Notes under the pieces: model-generated | The model's database searches: none | Told to the model about the DNA's origin: nothing | What the model saw: the letters and a program-made list of their open reading frames with translations, nothing else | In this document: one piece after another, positions 24,045 through 37,411 of the stretch | Layout of the letters: each line of letters opens with the position of its first letter | How positions within the stretch are numbered: the first letter of the stretch is position 1 | Translations under genes and position numbers: made by a program | Assembly: GCA_032718475.1 (NCBI GenBank) | Contig: JAUCBJ010008062.1 | Location: 11,706 to 75,705 of the forward strand | Direction: 5' to 3' | Length of the DNA: 64,000 nucleotides | Origin: Nemertoderma westbladi | Lineage: Eukaryota > Animalia > Xenacoelomorpha

Positions 24045-25144
24045 GGGTAAATCTTTTCGACCTACGCGTAGGCCTACGCGTAGCTACGCGTAGCTACGCG
24101 TAGCTACGCGTAGTTTGTAACTTCCATTCCTGTCATTTACCGGTAGGGCCAGACTTACTGCCTTTTTAACAACTACGCGTAGGTGTTTTAAAACTACGCG
24201 TAGTTATTTTGGAACTACGCATAGGTATTTTGAAACTACGCGTAGGTGCTACGCGTAGCAGTCCTGATAACAATGATTTTTCATTTCAGGTCCGGTAGGG
24301 TTGAGTTGTTAGGCAAGTATCGGTATACGTCAGGTATCTGATTATCAGACAAATGTAATAACAGAATCGGAAACTCATATCTCTACATACAGCACTGGTA
24401 ATAAATAATATTCGGCTCTTTCACATACAAACACAGAGGATGAATAAAAAGTAAACTTAAAATTCACGTCTCATGATTCAAGTATCTTTGTTTCCATTGG
24501 ATTATTTAAATATTGAACAGTAGTAAATAAAGCGACCAGTCTACCGGTGAAGAGGTTAAGCGAAAGCTGATAAATACTGCATATAATCAAATTGTTTGGT
24601 CAAATAACAAGTGCAACCAATCATGGTAGACAATTTAGTCTCCCCCTTCCCTTGTCAAGGGGTTAACATATTAAATACGGTATATCCTTGCCGTATCGTG
24701 AACAAAGGCAATAAAAAGCATAGAGAATTGATAAGAACCAACGGCCTATTTCCTTTGTAAACTATTTTTGAACTCTAAACATTAATTATTAACACATTTT
24801 ACCGCCCGCAACGCATGAAGTGAAGAATATGTAGTCTTCGCGTATTCCTCTATATAGAGTATACAGGTATAGGATACATTACTGTTGAAAGCATTTGATG
24901 GTTGTGGGTTGTTTATTGAACATACCGTATTGTGTCTTATTTTAGTACTGACTCGCTTGGCCTACGTAAGCCTAATAATGATAAACGACGTATAGGCATA
25001 GTTATGGGTAGCACCTATGCGTAGGTCGCGTAGGACCTACGCGTAGCTACGCGTAGCACCTACGCGTAGTTATTGTTAAAACTCTTAAACTGGTGATATA
25101 TGACCCAATGTTGCGAACTACGCGTAGGTCGAAAAGATTTACCC
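24045..25144. mobile_element. Non-autonomous DNA transposon, 1100 bp, 27-bp perfect TIR, 8-bp TSD
   Basis: TIR GGGTAAATCTTTTCGACCTACGCGTAG at both ends and TSD AGGGTTCC at 24037-24044 and 25145-25152. Many subterminal CTACGCGTAG palindromes; no transposase ORF. Confidence 0.92.
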
Positions 25145-25222
25145 AGGGTTCCCGCTATCTGCTGATCAGTCCAGCAGTCTGGTCAGACAGTAGCACAGTA
25201 CTGCAGTACAGCAGTAATAACT

Positions 25223-26883
25223 GGGTACATCTTTTGCGTAGAGCATAGAGGTATAGCCTACATAGAGGCTTCATGTAGGTATGTGTAGCCTACATGTAGA
25301 TGCACGTGTAGGGTGAATGTAGGTAGGTGTAGTCCCATAGATATTAATGTAATTTATGTGTCAACTTGCAGTAACGTGATACACGGTCGTCAATCAGGAT
25401 GTATGGCAATAATCTCTGATCTCCACGGTACAATACGGTACATCAACGTGCAGACCTGTCTGCTGTCAGACAACAGGTTTTACTGCATACTACAGTACTG
25501 TATAAATATCAAACATCGCGTTCTGATTATACTAAAGTCCCTTACTCGTCATAAATATTATGCCCTAATAAATTTGAGTATGCTAACGCCACGAAAGGCA
25601 TCGTTCCATTAGATTAACTCGTTCTGATTTATATGTTTATTAAGTAAGAGTAACCTAAACAAGAACAGCCATCATCGCGGGGACTATAGTCTACCAGAAA
25701 CCCTGACCCCCCTCTGCCCCTCTTTATCTGTTTATCAACCATACATCCATGGGACTTGAACAGTACTTCAGCATTGAAATGTTTTGGACGTTTTGTTTTG
25801 AAAGTAAAAATATAGAAGTCTGGAAGTTTTGTTTGTTTTAATTTTTCAGGCAGTCACATTCCACCAACCAGCAACAGTCCCATCCCTTCCCACTATCCCG
25901 CGGACCACCACACTGTTTCATTATAAAGTATTCCCATCTCGATGATGGGAATTAATCAGTAATCCGATGGGATTCAAATCCCACCTCGAAGTAACAGCAA
26001 AACAATAAACACGAAAGTCAATAGCTTTACAGTTATATTTGTTTGCATTGAAAGTTAATAGAAAGAAGAAGTTAAATTGCATATCCATTAAAATATCATG
26101 AAATTGATACGGCAGTTTAGTAGATTAAAACGGCCACAGCAAGATTTATAAAATGAAAAATAAGTAAAATCAGCACACAATATTATCAATATAGACATTG
26201 AAGACAATTTAATAAACAAATACTATACAAAAATATCTACTAACAATCAATACATGATATATATAATATATATACATCGGCGAGGGCGACTACCATCGCC
26301 ACTCTGGTTCAATCAGTCAGTCCGATATCATTGTTAGCGTTTTGTTGAATTACCCACTCATCCTCAGACCCTCATGGACACCGACGACGAGCTCTAACCG
26401 TAACCGTTAGTCGATTCTTCCTTGACTGGAAACATCAGGTTCGGGCCGTTCGGCCCATACAAAGTCATTAGCCTCCATGCCTGAACCCGCAGGATCATAA
26501 GATCTACAGTATGTATCGGTATATCGTTCAGTCGTTTTTTCCTTTGTCAGTACTGTAGTATTGATAGGCTCCGTCTCGTGGGTATTCAGGGGACCCCCAT
26601 TCGACGTATTCGCATCTCCTCCTGGTTGTTTCGGGTACCACCGCCCGCCATATGCGCATCTCTTCGTGGTTGTTCCGGGTACCACCCCCGTTCGCCGCAT
26701 TCGCATCTCATCGAGGAAGTTCGGGTCCGGGTACCCCGTGTAGGCCTATTCATTCATCATTGTTGTTTTTAAAGACCTACCTACACCTACCTACATTCAC
26801 CCTACACGTGCATCTACATGTAGGCTACACATACCTACATGTAGCCTCTATGTAGGCTATACCTCTACGCAAAAGTTATACCC
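25223..26883. mobile_element. Non-autonomous DNA transposon with ~100-bp TIRs
   Basis: 25223-25331 (GGGTACATCTTTTGCGTAGAG...GTAGGTAGGTGTAG) is the near-perfect reverse complement of ~26785-26883. No matching TSD. Confidence 0.8.
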
Positions 26884-27842
26884 CCGGCCTACCCGATACA
26901 ATACGCAAAGCTTTAGGGGTAATCCTATATGTTATGTTGGACAATACCTTTATACCCAGATACCGGTACATTGTTTGGTGTATTTGTTATTGTTTTTACA
27001 TAATGCTGTAATGTATAAATAAAAATACAGCAATACTACTGTAACTGCAGTACCAGACAGCCAGAGTACTGTCAGACTATACCGGTGTTATCTGGTTATT
27101 ATTATTATTATCAACACTCCAGCACTCAGACCATGGCACATGGTAAAATAAACATTCATGCGATAAACTGATAAACATAATAAATTATGCATGCCTGCAT
27201 GCACTAAATTATAAGTAATTACTGAATTATAAAAGGGGAGAAGACCGCCCAGGCTTTAACTGCACTTATGGGGGCCATACACTAAAAATCCAGAATGATG
27301 ACACTTATTAATATAAAATAAGGTATGAACATGAACAATACCGTAATTAAAGAAAGCAAATACACTATAAATAAAGCAAGGAACATTGATTATAGGCCTA
27401 TCTATTTACTAAATATTGAAGCGAATAAAAACTAATGAAACAGTAGTCTGGTTGTGAAGCAGAAACCGTACCGGTACTAAAAACCAATTAATTACAGTGA
27501 CGAATCTGAATTAAAAATAAGTAAAAAATAGTTAAAAAGGATCACGCCAAGTGCCAAGTTTCTATCAAATTTGCAAAAAAATGTCAAATGTCATAGGCAG
27601 TCAGGGAGATCATCAAATTTGAGAATACCGGTAGCCTACCTCAAATTTCAAATTATAGACCCAATTTTGGAATTACCTCAAATTTAATACAAGGTTTGGT
27701 CTGTAGGTTAATTCTCTAAATTTGAGTTTTCGGTCCTACTAATTACCCCAACCTACCACAATCTACCCCAACCTACCACAATCTACCCCAACCTACCACA
27801 ATCCTGCAATCTACCGCAATCTACCCCAACAATTCGATAGAG

Positions 27843-28965
27843 GCATCTAATTACCACAATATTATTTTACAATGGCGTCTAATTACCACAATATACAGAA
27901 CGCAAGTGTCTATTTACCACAAGACTACACTGCATCTAATTACCACAATATTATTTTACAATGGCGTCTAATTACCACAATATACAGATATACAGAACGC
28001 AAGTGTCTATTTACCACAAGACTACACTGCATCTAATTACCACAATATTAATTTACAATGGCGTCTAATTACCACAATATACAAATATACAGAACTCAAG
28101 TGTCTATTTACCACAAGACTACACTGCATCTAATTACCACAATATTAATTTACAATGGCGTCTAATTACCACAATATACAAATATACAGAACTCAAGTGT
28201 CTATTTACCACAAGACTACACACACTGCATCTAATTACCACAATATTATTTTACATTGGCATCTAATTACCACAATATACAGAACTCAAAGTGTCTATTT
28301 ACCACAAGACTACACTGCATCTAATTACCACAATATTATTTTACAATGGCGTCTAATTACCACAATATACAGATATACAGAACTCAAGTGTCTATTTACC
28401 ACAAGACTACACTACAATGCATCTAATTACCACAATATTATTTTACATTGGCATCTAATTACCACAATATACAGAACGCAAGTGTCTATTTACCACAAGA
28501 CTACACTGCATCTAATTACCACAATATTATTTTACAATGGCGTCTAATTACCACAATATACAGATATACAGAACGCAAGTGTCTATTTACCACAAGACTA
28601 CACTGCATCTAATTACCACAATATTATTTTACAATGGCGTCTAATTACCACAATATACAGATATACAGAACTCAAGTGTCTATTTACCACAAGACTACAC
28701 TGCATCTAATTACCACAATATTATTTTACAATGGCATCTAATTACCACAATATACAGAATGCAAGTGTCTATTTACCACAAGACTACACTGCATCTAATT
28801 ACCACAATATTATTTTACAATGGCGTCTAATTACCACAATATACAGAACTCAAGTGTCTATTTACCACAAGACTACACTGCATCTAATTACCACACTATT
28901 ATTTTACATTGGCATCTAATTACCACAATATACAGAATGAAAGTGTCTATTTACCACAATATACA
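27843..28965 (+). repeat. 89-bp tandem array (left arm of the foldback element)
   Basis: The unit has three TCTA(A/T)TTACCACAA subrepeats; some units carry an 8-bp ATATACAG insertion. About 12 units. Confidence 0.95.
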
Positions 28966-29153
28966 GTACGGTAGTTATTAATACTCAGTGTCTAATTAAC
29001 ACAAGACTTCACTAATGTCTAATTACCACAATATATATACATACAATATATATATATATATATATACAATATATATATTGTAGCTCCACAGTACGAGGAG
29101 GAGGCTCGTAGAGTTTTTGCTGGCCAGGAGATAAACATAGTATCGGGTCACCC

Positions 29154-29392
29154 GGGTCCTACGAATTACCGCAAAAGACCGCAAAAGACCAAAAAAGACC
29201 GCAAAAGACCACAAAAGACCACAAAAGACCGCAAAAGACCGCAAAAAACCACAAAAAACCGCAAAAAACCACAAAAAACCGCAAAAGACCACAAAAGAAC
29301 AGAGAAGGCATGGATATACTGGAAGACGAATTACCGCAAAAGACCGCAAAAGACCACAAAAGACCGCAAAAGACAGCAAAAGACTGCAAAAG
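29154..29392 (+). repeat. 10-bp repeats (ACCGCAAAAG)n behind a GGGTCCTACGAATTACC terminus-like motif
   Basis: Seen directly; the start resembles the foldback terminus at 27731. Confidence 0.8.
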
Positions 29393-30496
29393 AGCACCAA
29401 GAAGTAAAAATTTAGTATTAGCGAGTGTCAGACGCAGTCAGGCAGTCAGGTCAATGTATAGAAGTTTTGTAGACCTACATTATGAATCAGACTGTCTGAT
29501 CTGAAATTATTATACAGTACCGGTACATTGTCATAATGTATTTTTTTTATTTTGATACAGTTCAACAATTATTTCACAACTTATTATTGTTTTAGGTTTG
29601 CTGGATGGAAATGTGGGAAGGTGGATGGGAATGTGAATGTGGGAATCAATAAACGCTATTGTTACCTACCAATTTAAGGAAAGGAGCAGGTTACAGTGGC
29701 AGCATTCTAACCAAAACAATAAACTATGTTGTTAACGGCACCAACCACAGTACAAATTGAGGGAAAGTAGCAGAGGATCGGACAGCCACAGCACAATGAT
29801 CGGTGAACAAAACAAGCCCAAAACAAACAAGCCAATAAAAACAAAGAAGACAATGAGAGAGATGGCAAAAAACAAAATATTGTAGTTAAAAAGTACTGTA
29901 AAAGTTTGGTATGGTATGGTCAATGGTCATTATGTGATTACGGGTCTGCCTAAACACCCAACTGCATCCAACTTACACCAAACTATACTGTATGGCACCC
30001 AACTTCCAGAAATTATAATATGTACAGTAACAAACTCTGAACTTCTATGAGGAATTGCTGAGATATGAGCTTTTTAAAAGCTCCATGTACTGTATTTTGC
30101 ACCCACTGCTGAGCAATTTATGAAAATACTGTAACAAACTAACGTTTATATTTATTGCAGGTTGGTTCTAGAATAATTGATAAATTTAACAATAAATATA
30201 CAAAGGAGAGATAGAGACTATTGGCGAACATCCAGATACCTACAGATGTCAACATATACCACGCACCGAAACTCCAAACTAGTGAAGCTACAGTACAAAC
30301 TAAACTGGCGCTGTGTTAAAACAGCCTTAACGACGAAATCGCATTGGAAGCTTCTGTTATGGGAATGGCAATGCTATAATTCGTTCAAAATTAATAGACA
30401 TAATATTCAATATTATACAGTATGTTTAATGCAATTATAATTATGTAATTATCCTTTATGTATCATGATACAGTAACGCTTTTAAATAACGTCCTA

Positions 30497-30578
30497 TTGG
30501 ATCCTAATAGGATCCTATTAGGCTCCTAATAGGATCATATTAGGCTCCTAATAGGATCCTATTAGGTTCATAATAGGA
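30497..30578. repeat. Short array of 11-bp quasi-palindromic units GGATCCTA(A/T)TA
   Basis: Seen directly. Confidence 0.7.
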
Positions 30579-31318
30579 ATAAAATAACCTTTAGGAAATC
30601 ACTTGGAATTTGCCTAATGCAAGTCTACCTAGAGCGGCTAAATATCAAAGCTTAGAAATGCCTGTCAATCAGCCTCCCTGGATAGCTGAAAGTAGTAAAG
30701 AGAGGCGCTTTATCTAGTGGTTGAGTTGTATTTCCCTTCCCCTGACTTATCTTACAACAACAATACTCCCCATAGGCATAGGCTAATGTTAAATATGCGA
30801 AGAACACCCTGGCTTTAACACAACATCTGGACACATTAACATACATGACACATGATAAATTCATTATTCGAATGTTATACAAATTTAGTACTGTACTTTG
30901 TATTTTCTTACCTTTAATACTGTATCAGGGAGCCCAGTATAGGGTTAACTTAAGACCCAAGAAGTCCAATATACAGCGACATACAGTATATGTAAACTAA
31001 GATATGTACAACCCATACAGGGAAACACAAAGTGCTTGAATATTTGAATTTATAGTGCCTGAATTTATGTCTCTATAATTAAAAAAAATTACTTGTTTTT
31101 AGGCCAATGTGAACTTTCCCAGAGTGCCCAGGAAAGTCGAAATAAAATAGGTCAACCTTTGTTTAAAGAGGTGGGTAGGTGGCTCGGTCGGTGGGATGGT
31201 AGGAAGGTGGATGGGAAGATGGGAATGTAGGAAGGTGGATGGGAATGTAGGAAGATGGGAATGTAGGGAGATCGGAATGTGGGAAGATGGGAATGACGTT
31301 ATTTTTACCTACCAATAG

Positions 31319-31555
31319 AGGGAAAGGAGCAGGTTACAGAGGCGGGCTTTTCTAACCAAAACAATAAACGATATTGTTACCAATTGAGGGATAGGAGCAG
31401 GTTACAGAGGCGGGCTTTTCTAACCAAAACAATAAACGATATTGTTACCAATTGAGGGATAGGAGCAGGTTACAGAGGCGGGCTTTTCTAACCAAAACAA
31501 TAAACGATATTGTTACCAATTGAGGGAAAGGAGCAGATTACAGAGGCGGGCTTTT
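31319..31555. repeat. 68-bp tandem repeat (~3.5 copies), reverse orientation of the 22334/23084 family
   Basis: AGGAGCAGGTTACAGAGGCGGGCTTTTCTAACCAAAACAATAAACG at 68-bp spacing. Confidence 0.9.
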
Positions 31556-33167
31556 GTAAACTGACGGAGATTAAATTTTGCTTTATTTTTACTAATTGCA
31601 ATTGTGCGCTAAGTCTCGCCATGACTGCGTGACTCGTCCCACAGAACATCCAGCTCTCCACACAACTATCACCCAACTACTCTCAACTTTGACTCACTTT
31701 CACCCAACTACGCTCCACTTCCACCCAACTACATTCAACTTTCATCCAACTACACTTAACTTTCACCACTTTCTCGCACCCTATGTCAGAATTTTTCAAA
31801 ATAAAAAATTATAAAGCAAATTATAAAGTTGCCAAAAACCATACAAATTCTAATATACATCGCTTTTTTGGATGTGGAGTTGTGTAGGCCATACAGTACA
31901 ATATATCTAATGTTTAGTTCAGAGGCATAACAGGTATTTTTCGTTCTGGAACTGAAATTTGGTGATACACGTAATTTTTAAAATTTCGTGACCATGGTTT
32001 TCTGCGATTGTGGGTCGAGCCACGCAGTAAAGGCGAGCCTTAACGCACAATGATAATTAGTAAATAGGGCAAAATTTCATGTACGTGCGTCCGTCTTTCT
32101 GTCTGTCCATCTGTCTTTAATGAAAAATACATTCGTAAATAACTTTTGAAGATTTTAACCATTTTCAACAAAATTTTGTATGGGCGTACTGGAGAAAAAG
32201 TTCCAATATTTTAGAAAGTTACGGGCAAATACCTCTCGAAATTTTGGAATATTGGCATATCCTACTGTACATATATACTGTATGTACTAGAGACCACAGG
32301 CCGCGTCTATATGATTACATTGATCAACGTACGCAATTCTCTACCTTAGTGTGATGAATTATTAGTTCCACTAAGATCTGTACTGTATAACGATCTTATC
32401 GATTCTCGTAAAGATCTTGTCCATTCTGGCATTGCCTCTATGTGAATCATAATAAGAATGATAATAATAAGAAAGAATAAGAAGTAATGATAATAAGAAG
32501 TGAATCATAAGTTCTTTGCAGAATTTCTCTTGATCTGTACAGATCTTAACAGATCCCATTTTAGTTTATCAAAAATGTAAAAAGTTATAAAATTCTTTCT
32601 GTTGTTTTGTTATAAATTATTATTAATTAATATAAAGGCCATGATTTTTAAAATAAAGCTGCTTAGTTTTTTTCTTGTATTCTATGATACATAAAGGATA
32701 ATTACATTATTATAATTGCATTAAACATACAGTACTGTATAATATAGAAATTATGTCCATTAAATTTGTACTTATTATAAACATTGTCATTCCTTACAAC
32801 AAAAGTTTCCAATGCGATTTCGTCGTTAACAGTGTGACCCTCCTGTATATCAATACCGTTTTCATTTCCACCGCAATCCCACAGCGCCAGTTTAGTTTGT
32901 ACATATAGCTTCATTAGGTTGGGATTTTGGTGAGTGGTATATGTACTGTAGACATCTGTAGGTATCTGGATCGTTCGCCAATAGTCTCGGTCTCTCCTTT
33001 GTATATTTATTGTTAAATTCATCAATTATTCTAGAACCAACCTGCAATAAATATAAACGTTAGTTTGTTACAGTATTTTCATAAATTGCTCAGCAGTGGG
33101 TGACAAATACAGTACATGAAGCTTTTAAAAATATAATAAATAAATAAATAATAAATAAATAATAATA

Positions 33168-33906
33168 ATATTGTGGTAATTAGATGCAGTGTAGTCTTGT
33201 GGTAAATAGACACTTGCGTTCTGTATATTGTGGTAATTAGATGCCATTGTAAAATAATATTGTGGTAATTAGATGCAGTGTAGTCTTGTGGTAAATAGAC
33301 ACTTGAGTGTATATTGTGGTAATTAGATGCCATTGTAAAATAATATTGTGGTAATTAGATGCAGTGTAGTCTTCTGGTAAATAGACACTTGAGTTCTGTA
33401 TATTGTGGTAATTAGACGCCATTGTAAAATAATATTGTGGTAATTAGATGCAGTGTAGTCTTGTGGTAAATAGACACTTGAGTTCTGTATATTGTGGTAA
33501 TTAGATGCCAATGTAAAATAATATTGTGGTAATTAGAGATGCAGTGTAGTCTTGTGGTAAATAGACACTTGAGTTCTGTATATTGTGGTAATTAGATGCC
33601 ATTGTAAAATAATATTGTGGTAATTAGATGCAGTGTAGTCTTGTGGTAAATAGACACTTGCGTTCTATATATTGTCTGATTGTGGTAATTAGATGCCAAT
33701 GTAAAATAATATTGTGGTAATTAGATGCAGTGTAGTCTTGTGGTAAATAGACACTTGAGTTCTGTATATTGTGGTAATTAGATTCCATTGTAAAATAATA
33801 TTGTGGTAATTAGATGCAGTGTAGTCTTGTGGTAAATAGACACTTGCGTTCTGTATATTGTGGTAATTAGACGCCAATGTAAAATAATATTGTGGTAATT
33901 AGATGC
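33168..33906 (-). repeat. 89-bp tandem array (right arm of the foldback element)
   Basis: Reverse complement of the 27843-28965 array; about 8 units. Confidence 0.95.
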
Positions 33907-34299
33907 CTCTATCGAATTGTTGGGGTAGATTGCGGTAGATTGTGGTAGGTTGGGGTAGATTGTGGTAGGTTGGGGTTGGTTGGGGTAATTAGTAGGACCC
34001 TTCTCTAAATTTGAGTTTTACCCCAAATTTGAATTTCATAGCAGCATAGTCAGATACAGACAGAAGTCATAGTTGGCCTAGTTCAGTAGTCTGGTAGTTG
34101 TTAGCTTGTTACTGTATTGCAAAGGTAAAAAAATAAACTGATATAAGCCTAGTGTCTGAGTGTTGTGAAATATAATATTTATTTGGGGTACCGGTATTTT
34201 GATTTGGCAGTTTGGGGTAATTCGTAGGACTGTAGGACCGTCATTAAAACACTGCACAAACAGCCGAACAGCGCTACACGGCAGACACGGTAAAGGGAG

Positions 34300-34372
34300 C
34301 AAGGGATCGAGCCGGGGCCTCCTAATTGGAAGCCCAGGCAGCCAGGAATGTCGCCACTAGACCATGCCAGCC
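34300..34372 (-). mobile_element. Degenerate tRNA-like (SINE head) remnant
   Basis: The reverse strand has TGGCATGGTCTAGTGG (A box), CTTCCAAT and GGCTCGATCCC (B box). The stems are broken. Confidence 0.45.
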
Positions 34373-34867
34373 AGTCAGCATGCGTCTGCTAGAAAATAAC
34401 AACTAATTGCGGTTAGTTGCGGTAAATTGCGGTTTTTAGTAGGACCGCACATTGCGTCGCACGTGTTAAATTTATTTATTGTTTTGGTTCCCCCCAACTC
34501 GCCTCTACCTGTCTACAACCTAGTCCTACTCCTTTACTAACCTGCCTACAGCCGCAGGTCTATTAACTACAGTACCAGACGAGATAGGCTCCCCGTCCCC
34601 ACTATGCGCTACCAGACACCGAGCACCGAGACAGCAAAGATCAAATGTAAAATTTTAATATAGGGGGCCTAAATGCAGCAGTAATGTAACATACAGTGAC
34701 AGAGTGATGGGGTGTCGTTATAATGCAGTAATGCAGTGGTGCCCACCTTCTGAGTTCTGACCGCCATTTGGCTGTTTAGCATTTTAGCCATCAAGCATTT
34801 CATACATTCAGACATTAGTTTGGTTTGTGATTTGATTTGTCAGTTTTTATCGTTTATTTAAAATTAA

Positions 34868-35503
34868 ATGCGAGACAGTGAGATGGAAGATATTGATAAC
34901 AGCGGCCTCGAAAGTACCGACGGTTACGGGGGATTGGTCCTGAAATCGGAAGACGATGGGATGGAAGGAGAAGATGGCTACCAGGACGAACCGTTGCGGG
35001 AGCAGGATCGGTTCCTACCGATCGCAAATATAAGTCGGATAATGAAAAACGCCGTTCCCAAAACCGGCAAGATTTCTAAAGACGCCAAGGAATGCATGCA
35101 AGAGTGCATCTCCGAGTTTATTAGCTTCGTAACGAGCGAAGCGAGCGAACGATGCGCTACCGAGAAGCGTAAAACTATAAACGGGGAGGACCTCCTATTC
35201 GCGATGTCTAACCTTGGGTTCGACAGCTATCTGGAACCGTTGAAACTTTACCTACAGAAGTACCGCGAACTGATGAAGACAATGCCAGGCCCGGGTGATG
35301 TAGGAGGCGCCCCAACGGTTAGCAAACTCCTTCCGGACAGTCAGACTGCGGATACCAGCGGACTACCCTCCCAGGAGGAGCCGTTAACTGTAGCCCTAGC
35401 CTCCGGACAGACGATACAACTCACGGCCTTACAGATGGTCCAACAACCCGCCACAGAAGGGCCGCATACTGAGGCTCAGCCTACCATTGTATATCAGTAC
35501 TAG
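34868..35503 (+). CDS. NFYB: Nuclear transcription factor Y subunit beta, intronless, 211 aa
   Basis: Histone-fold core [18 protein letters not shown]...[61 protein letters not shown]. Confidence 0.97.
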   Translation: MRDSEMEDIDNSGLESTDGYGGLVLKSEDDGMEGEDGYQDEPLREQDRFLPIANISRIMKNAVPKTGKISKDAKECMQECISEFISFVTSEASERCATEKRKTINGEDLLFAMSNLGFDSYLEPLKLYLQKYRELMKTMPGPGDVGGAPTVSKLLPDSQTADTSGLPSQEEPLTVALASGQTIQLTALQMVQQPATEGPHTEAQPTIVYQY

Positions 35504-36050
35504 CTGCTCTACATTAGAGGTATATTTATATACTTATAAATAATTAGTATTATCATACAAATTATATTAACTGTTGTTGAGCTGAGCAATTCGTTCAGTG
35601 GTACCTTATTGCGTTTTAAGCTGTTAGTACATGAGACGTTACAACTGTATATTTATACCTGTTCCTTGTCCTGTCCGTATCCAAGGCCATGAATCCCAAG
35701 ATACACTAGGCAGATTTACGTACCATTGTAACATTTCCAACGCGAAAACAAAAATGTATGAAATCAGAATCTCAAGCCATGGCTTATAGAGACGGGGGGG
35801 GGGGGGGGGGGGGCTTGGCGAATTAATATCCCGCCTCAATGTTAAATTCTCAATTTAGGGAAATGGGCAGGTTACAGTGGCACGTTATTTTAACCAAAAC
35901 AATAATCTGAACACTAATGAACAGGTTACAGTTTTTATATTTGAGAGTAATCAGCTGTTATTTGTGTCCAATTTCGCCTAGAGTGGGGTTAATTTTTATT
36001 TTGTCCAGTTTGCCCCCCCCCCCCCCCCCCCCCCAGCCACCCCCCCCTAA

Positions 36051-36263
36051 GGCCCGTTTCCGTGCTGCTTTTTTTAGTTAAAACAATTTCTAGAAATCAT
36101 TGCATCAACCATCAAGATGAATCTGAGAATTTTGGAATGTTAAAACCTAAAATATAGAATAAAGTTCCAAAAAAGGCTTGAAAAAAAGCTCAATACAAAG
36201 CTTGAAATACACCTAAAAAAAGCTCCGATTACCGCACATGAAAAAGCAGCGCGGAAACGGGCC
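36051..36263. mobile_element. MITE, 213 bp, probably PIF/Harbinger-like
   Basis: TIR GGCCCGTTTCCG(T/C)GCTGCTTTTT, flanked by TAA on the left and TTA on the right. Confidence 0.75.
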
Positions 36264-37198
36264 TTATCTGGGCTTATATGTTACGCATCGTAACTCTTAT
36301 ATAATAATTTTGAGATAAATAGTTTATTTCCTTGAAACAACGCAATATGTAATGGTCTATTAAACCGCATGTACTTTAACCTGTTGCTTTAGTTATAGAT
36401 TGCAATATTCGTGTATTTTGTGTTATTATTGTCATTTTGTTTAGTTTGTCATCGTATGTTTTAGGACACAGCGTTACTCTTATATTATTTATTACTATGT
36501 TTATTACATTACTTCATATTTATTAAAACTACATGAGATGGATCTCATAGTCATAAGATCATTTTTACCAATGAAGTTTCTTCCCAGTTGGTTTTTACCT
36601 AATTTATAATTAAATAATTCAATTTACATCGGCCAATGTATTTTATTATCAGTTAATTTAACCCAAAGTTTAATAGTTGATTAAAATCTACTAAATCTCA
36701 ACTGATTCTTTAAAAGTGTAATCAATTATTAAAATTATTAAATTGCTGATGAAAAACTGCATATGGGTGAGTGTGTTTAGACATAAACTTTAAGTTGATT
36801 AATAACTTATATTATTAAAGTTTAATAGAACAAAGGGAAGAAAGGATTTATTTTCAAATGTGCAATCATAATCATCAATTTTAGTACAGTAGGTTCAGCA
36901 AGAAATAGCCAACAACTTATCCCTCTGTAAAAAGTCAGTCTGACTGCTTATGTATTGGTTCGGTGTGGTAAAGTATGGTATGGCGGGGTACACGGTATGA
37001 TATGGTACAATGTAAGTTCAGGACAGCTAATAACTTATTAATTAATTAATTATTTAATTACAGACCAACTGAAAACAAACGTTAATAAATGGCCAGTCGT
37101 CATGGTTATTATATAAACCGCTAATTATTGTATTTACTCTTATGTTGGTAAGCACTGATATCTTGTGTGTCCTTTGGTAGCAAAGCAATAGAGCAACA

Positions 37199-37411
37199 GG
37201 GGTCAGAGTAAAACGCGGATCCGGATTCTACATTTAACATTGTCCCTACGGAAGTCGATTTTTTTTACATTTTTTATAACTCCCAAAAATAAAACTATAA
37301 CCTGTTCAATTGACTTTAGTTTATTGTGTTGGTTAAAATAACGTGCCCCCGTAACCTGCTCCTTCCTTAATTTATAATTTTGGAATCCGGATCCGCGTCT
37401 TACACCTACCC
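37199..37411. mobile_element. MITE with imperfect ~30-bp TIRs carrying the shared AGGTTAC / AACCAA-ACAATAAA cassette
   Basis: GGGTCAGAGTAAAACGCGGATCCGGATTC versus GAATCCGGATCCGCGTCTTACACCTACCC. Confidence 0.65.

Larger units (their letters stand above)
27731..34000. mobile_element. Foldback-like element, 6270 bp, with long composite inverted arms and a 19-bp flanking direct repeat
   Basis: Termini (C/G)GGTCCTACTAATTACCCCAACC are inverted. The arms continue through 20-bp repeats, 89-bp arrays and a ~420-bp block (30060-30470 vs 32684-33130). TTCTCTAAATTTGAGTTTT lies at 27712-27730 and 34001-34019. Confidence 0.88.

Noticed and set aside
26700-26740. GYPDPNFLD resembling the Deltex C-terminal motif
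   Set aside because: An in-frame stop lies just upstream and there is no other Deltex similarity.
28155-33877. Repeated MASNYHNI ORFs
   Set aside because: These are translations of the 89-bp arrays.
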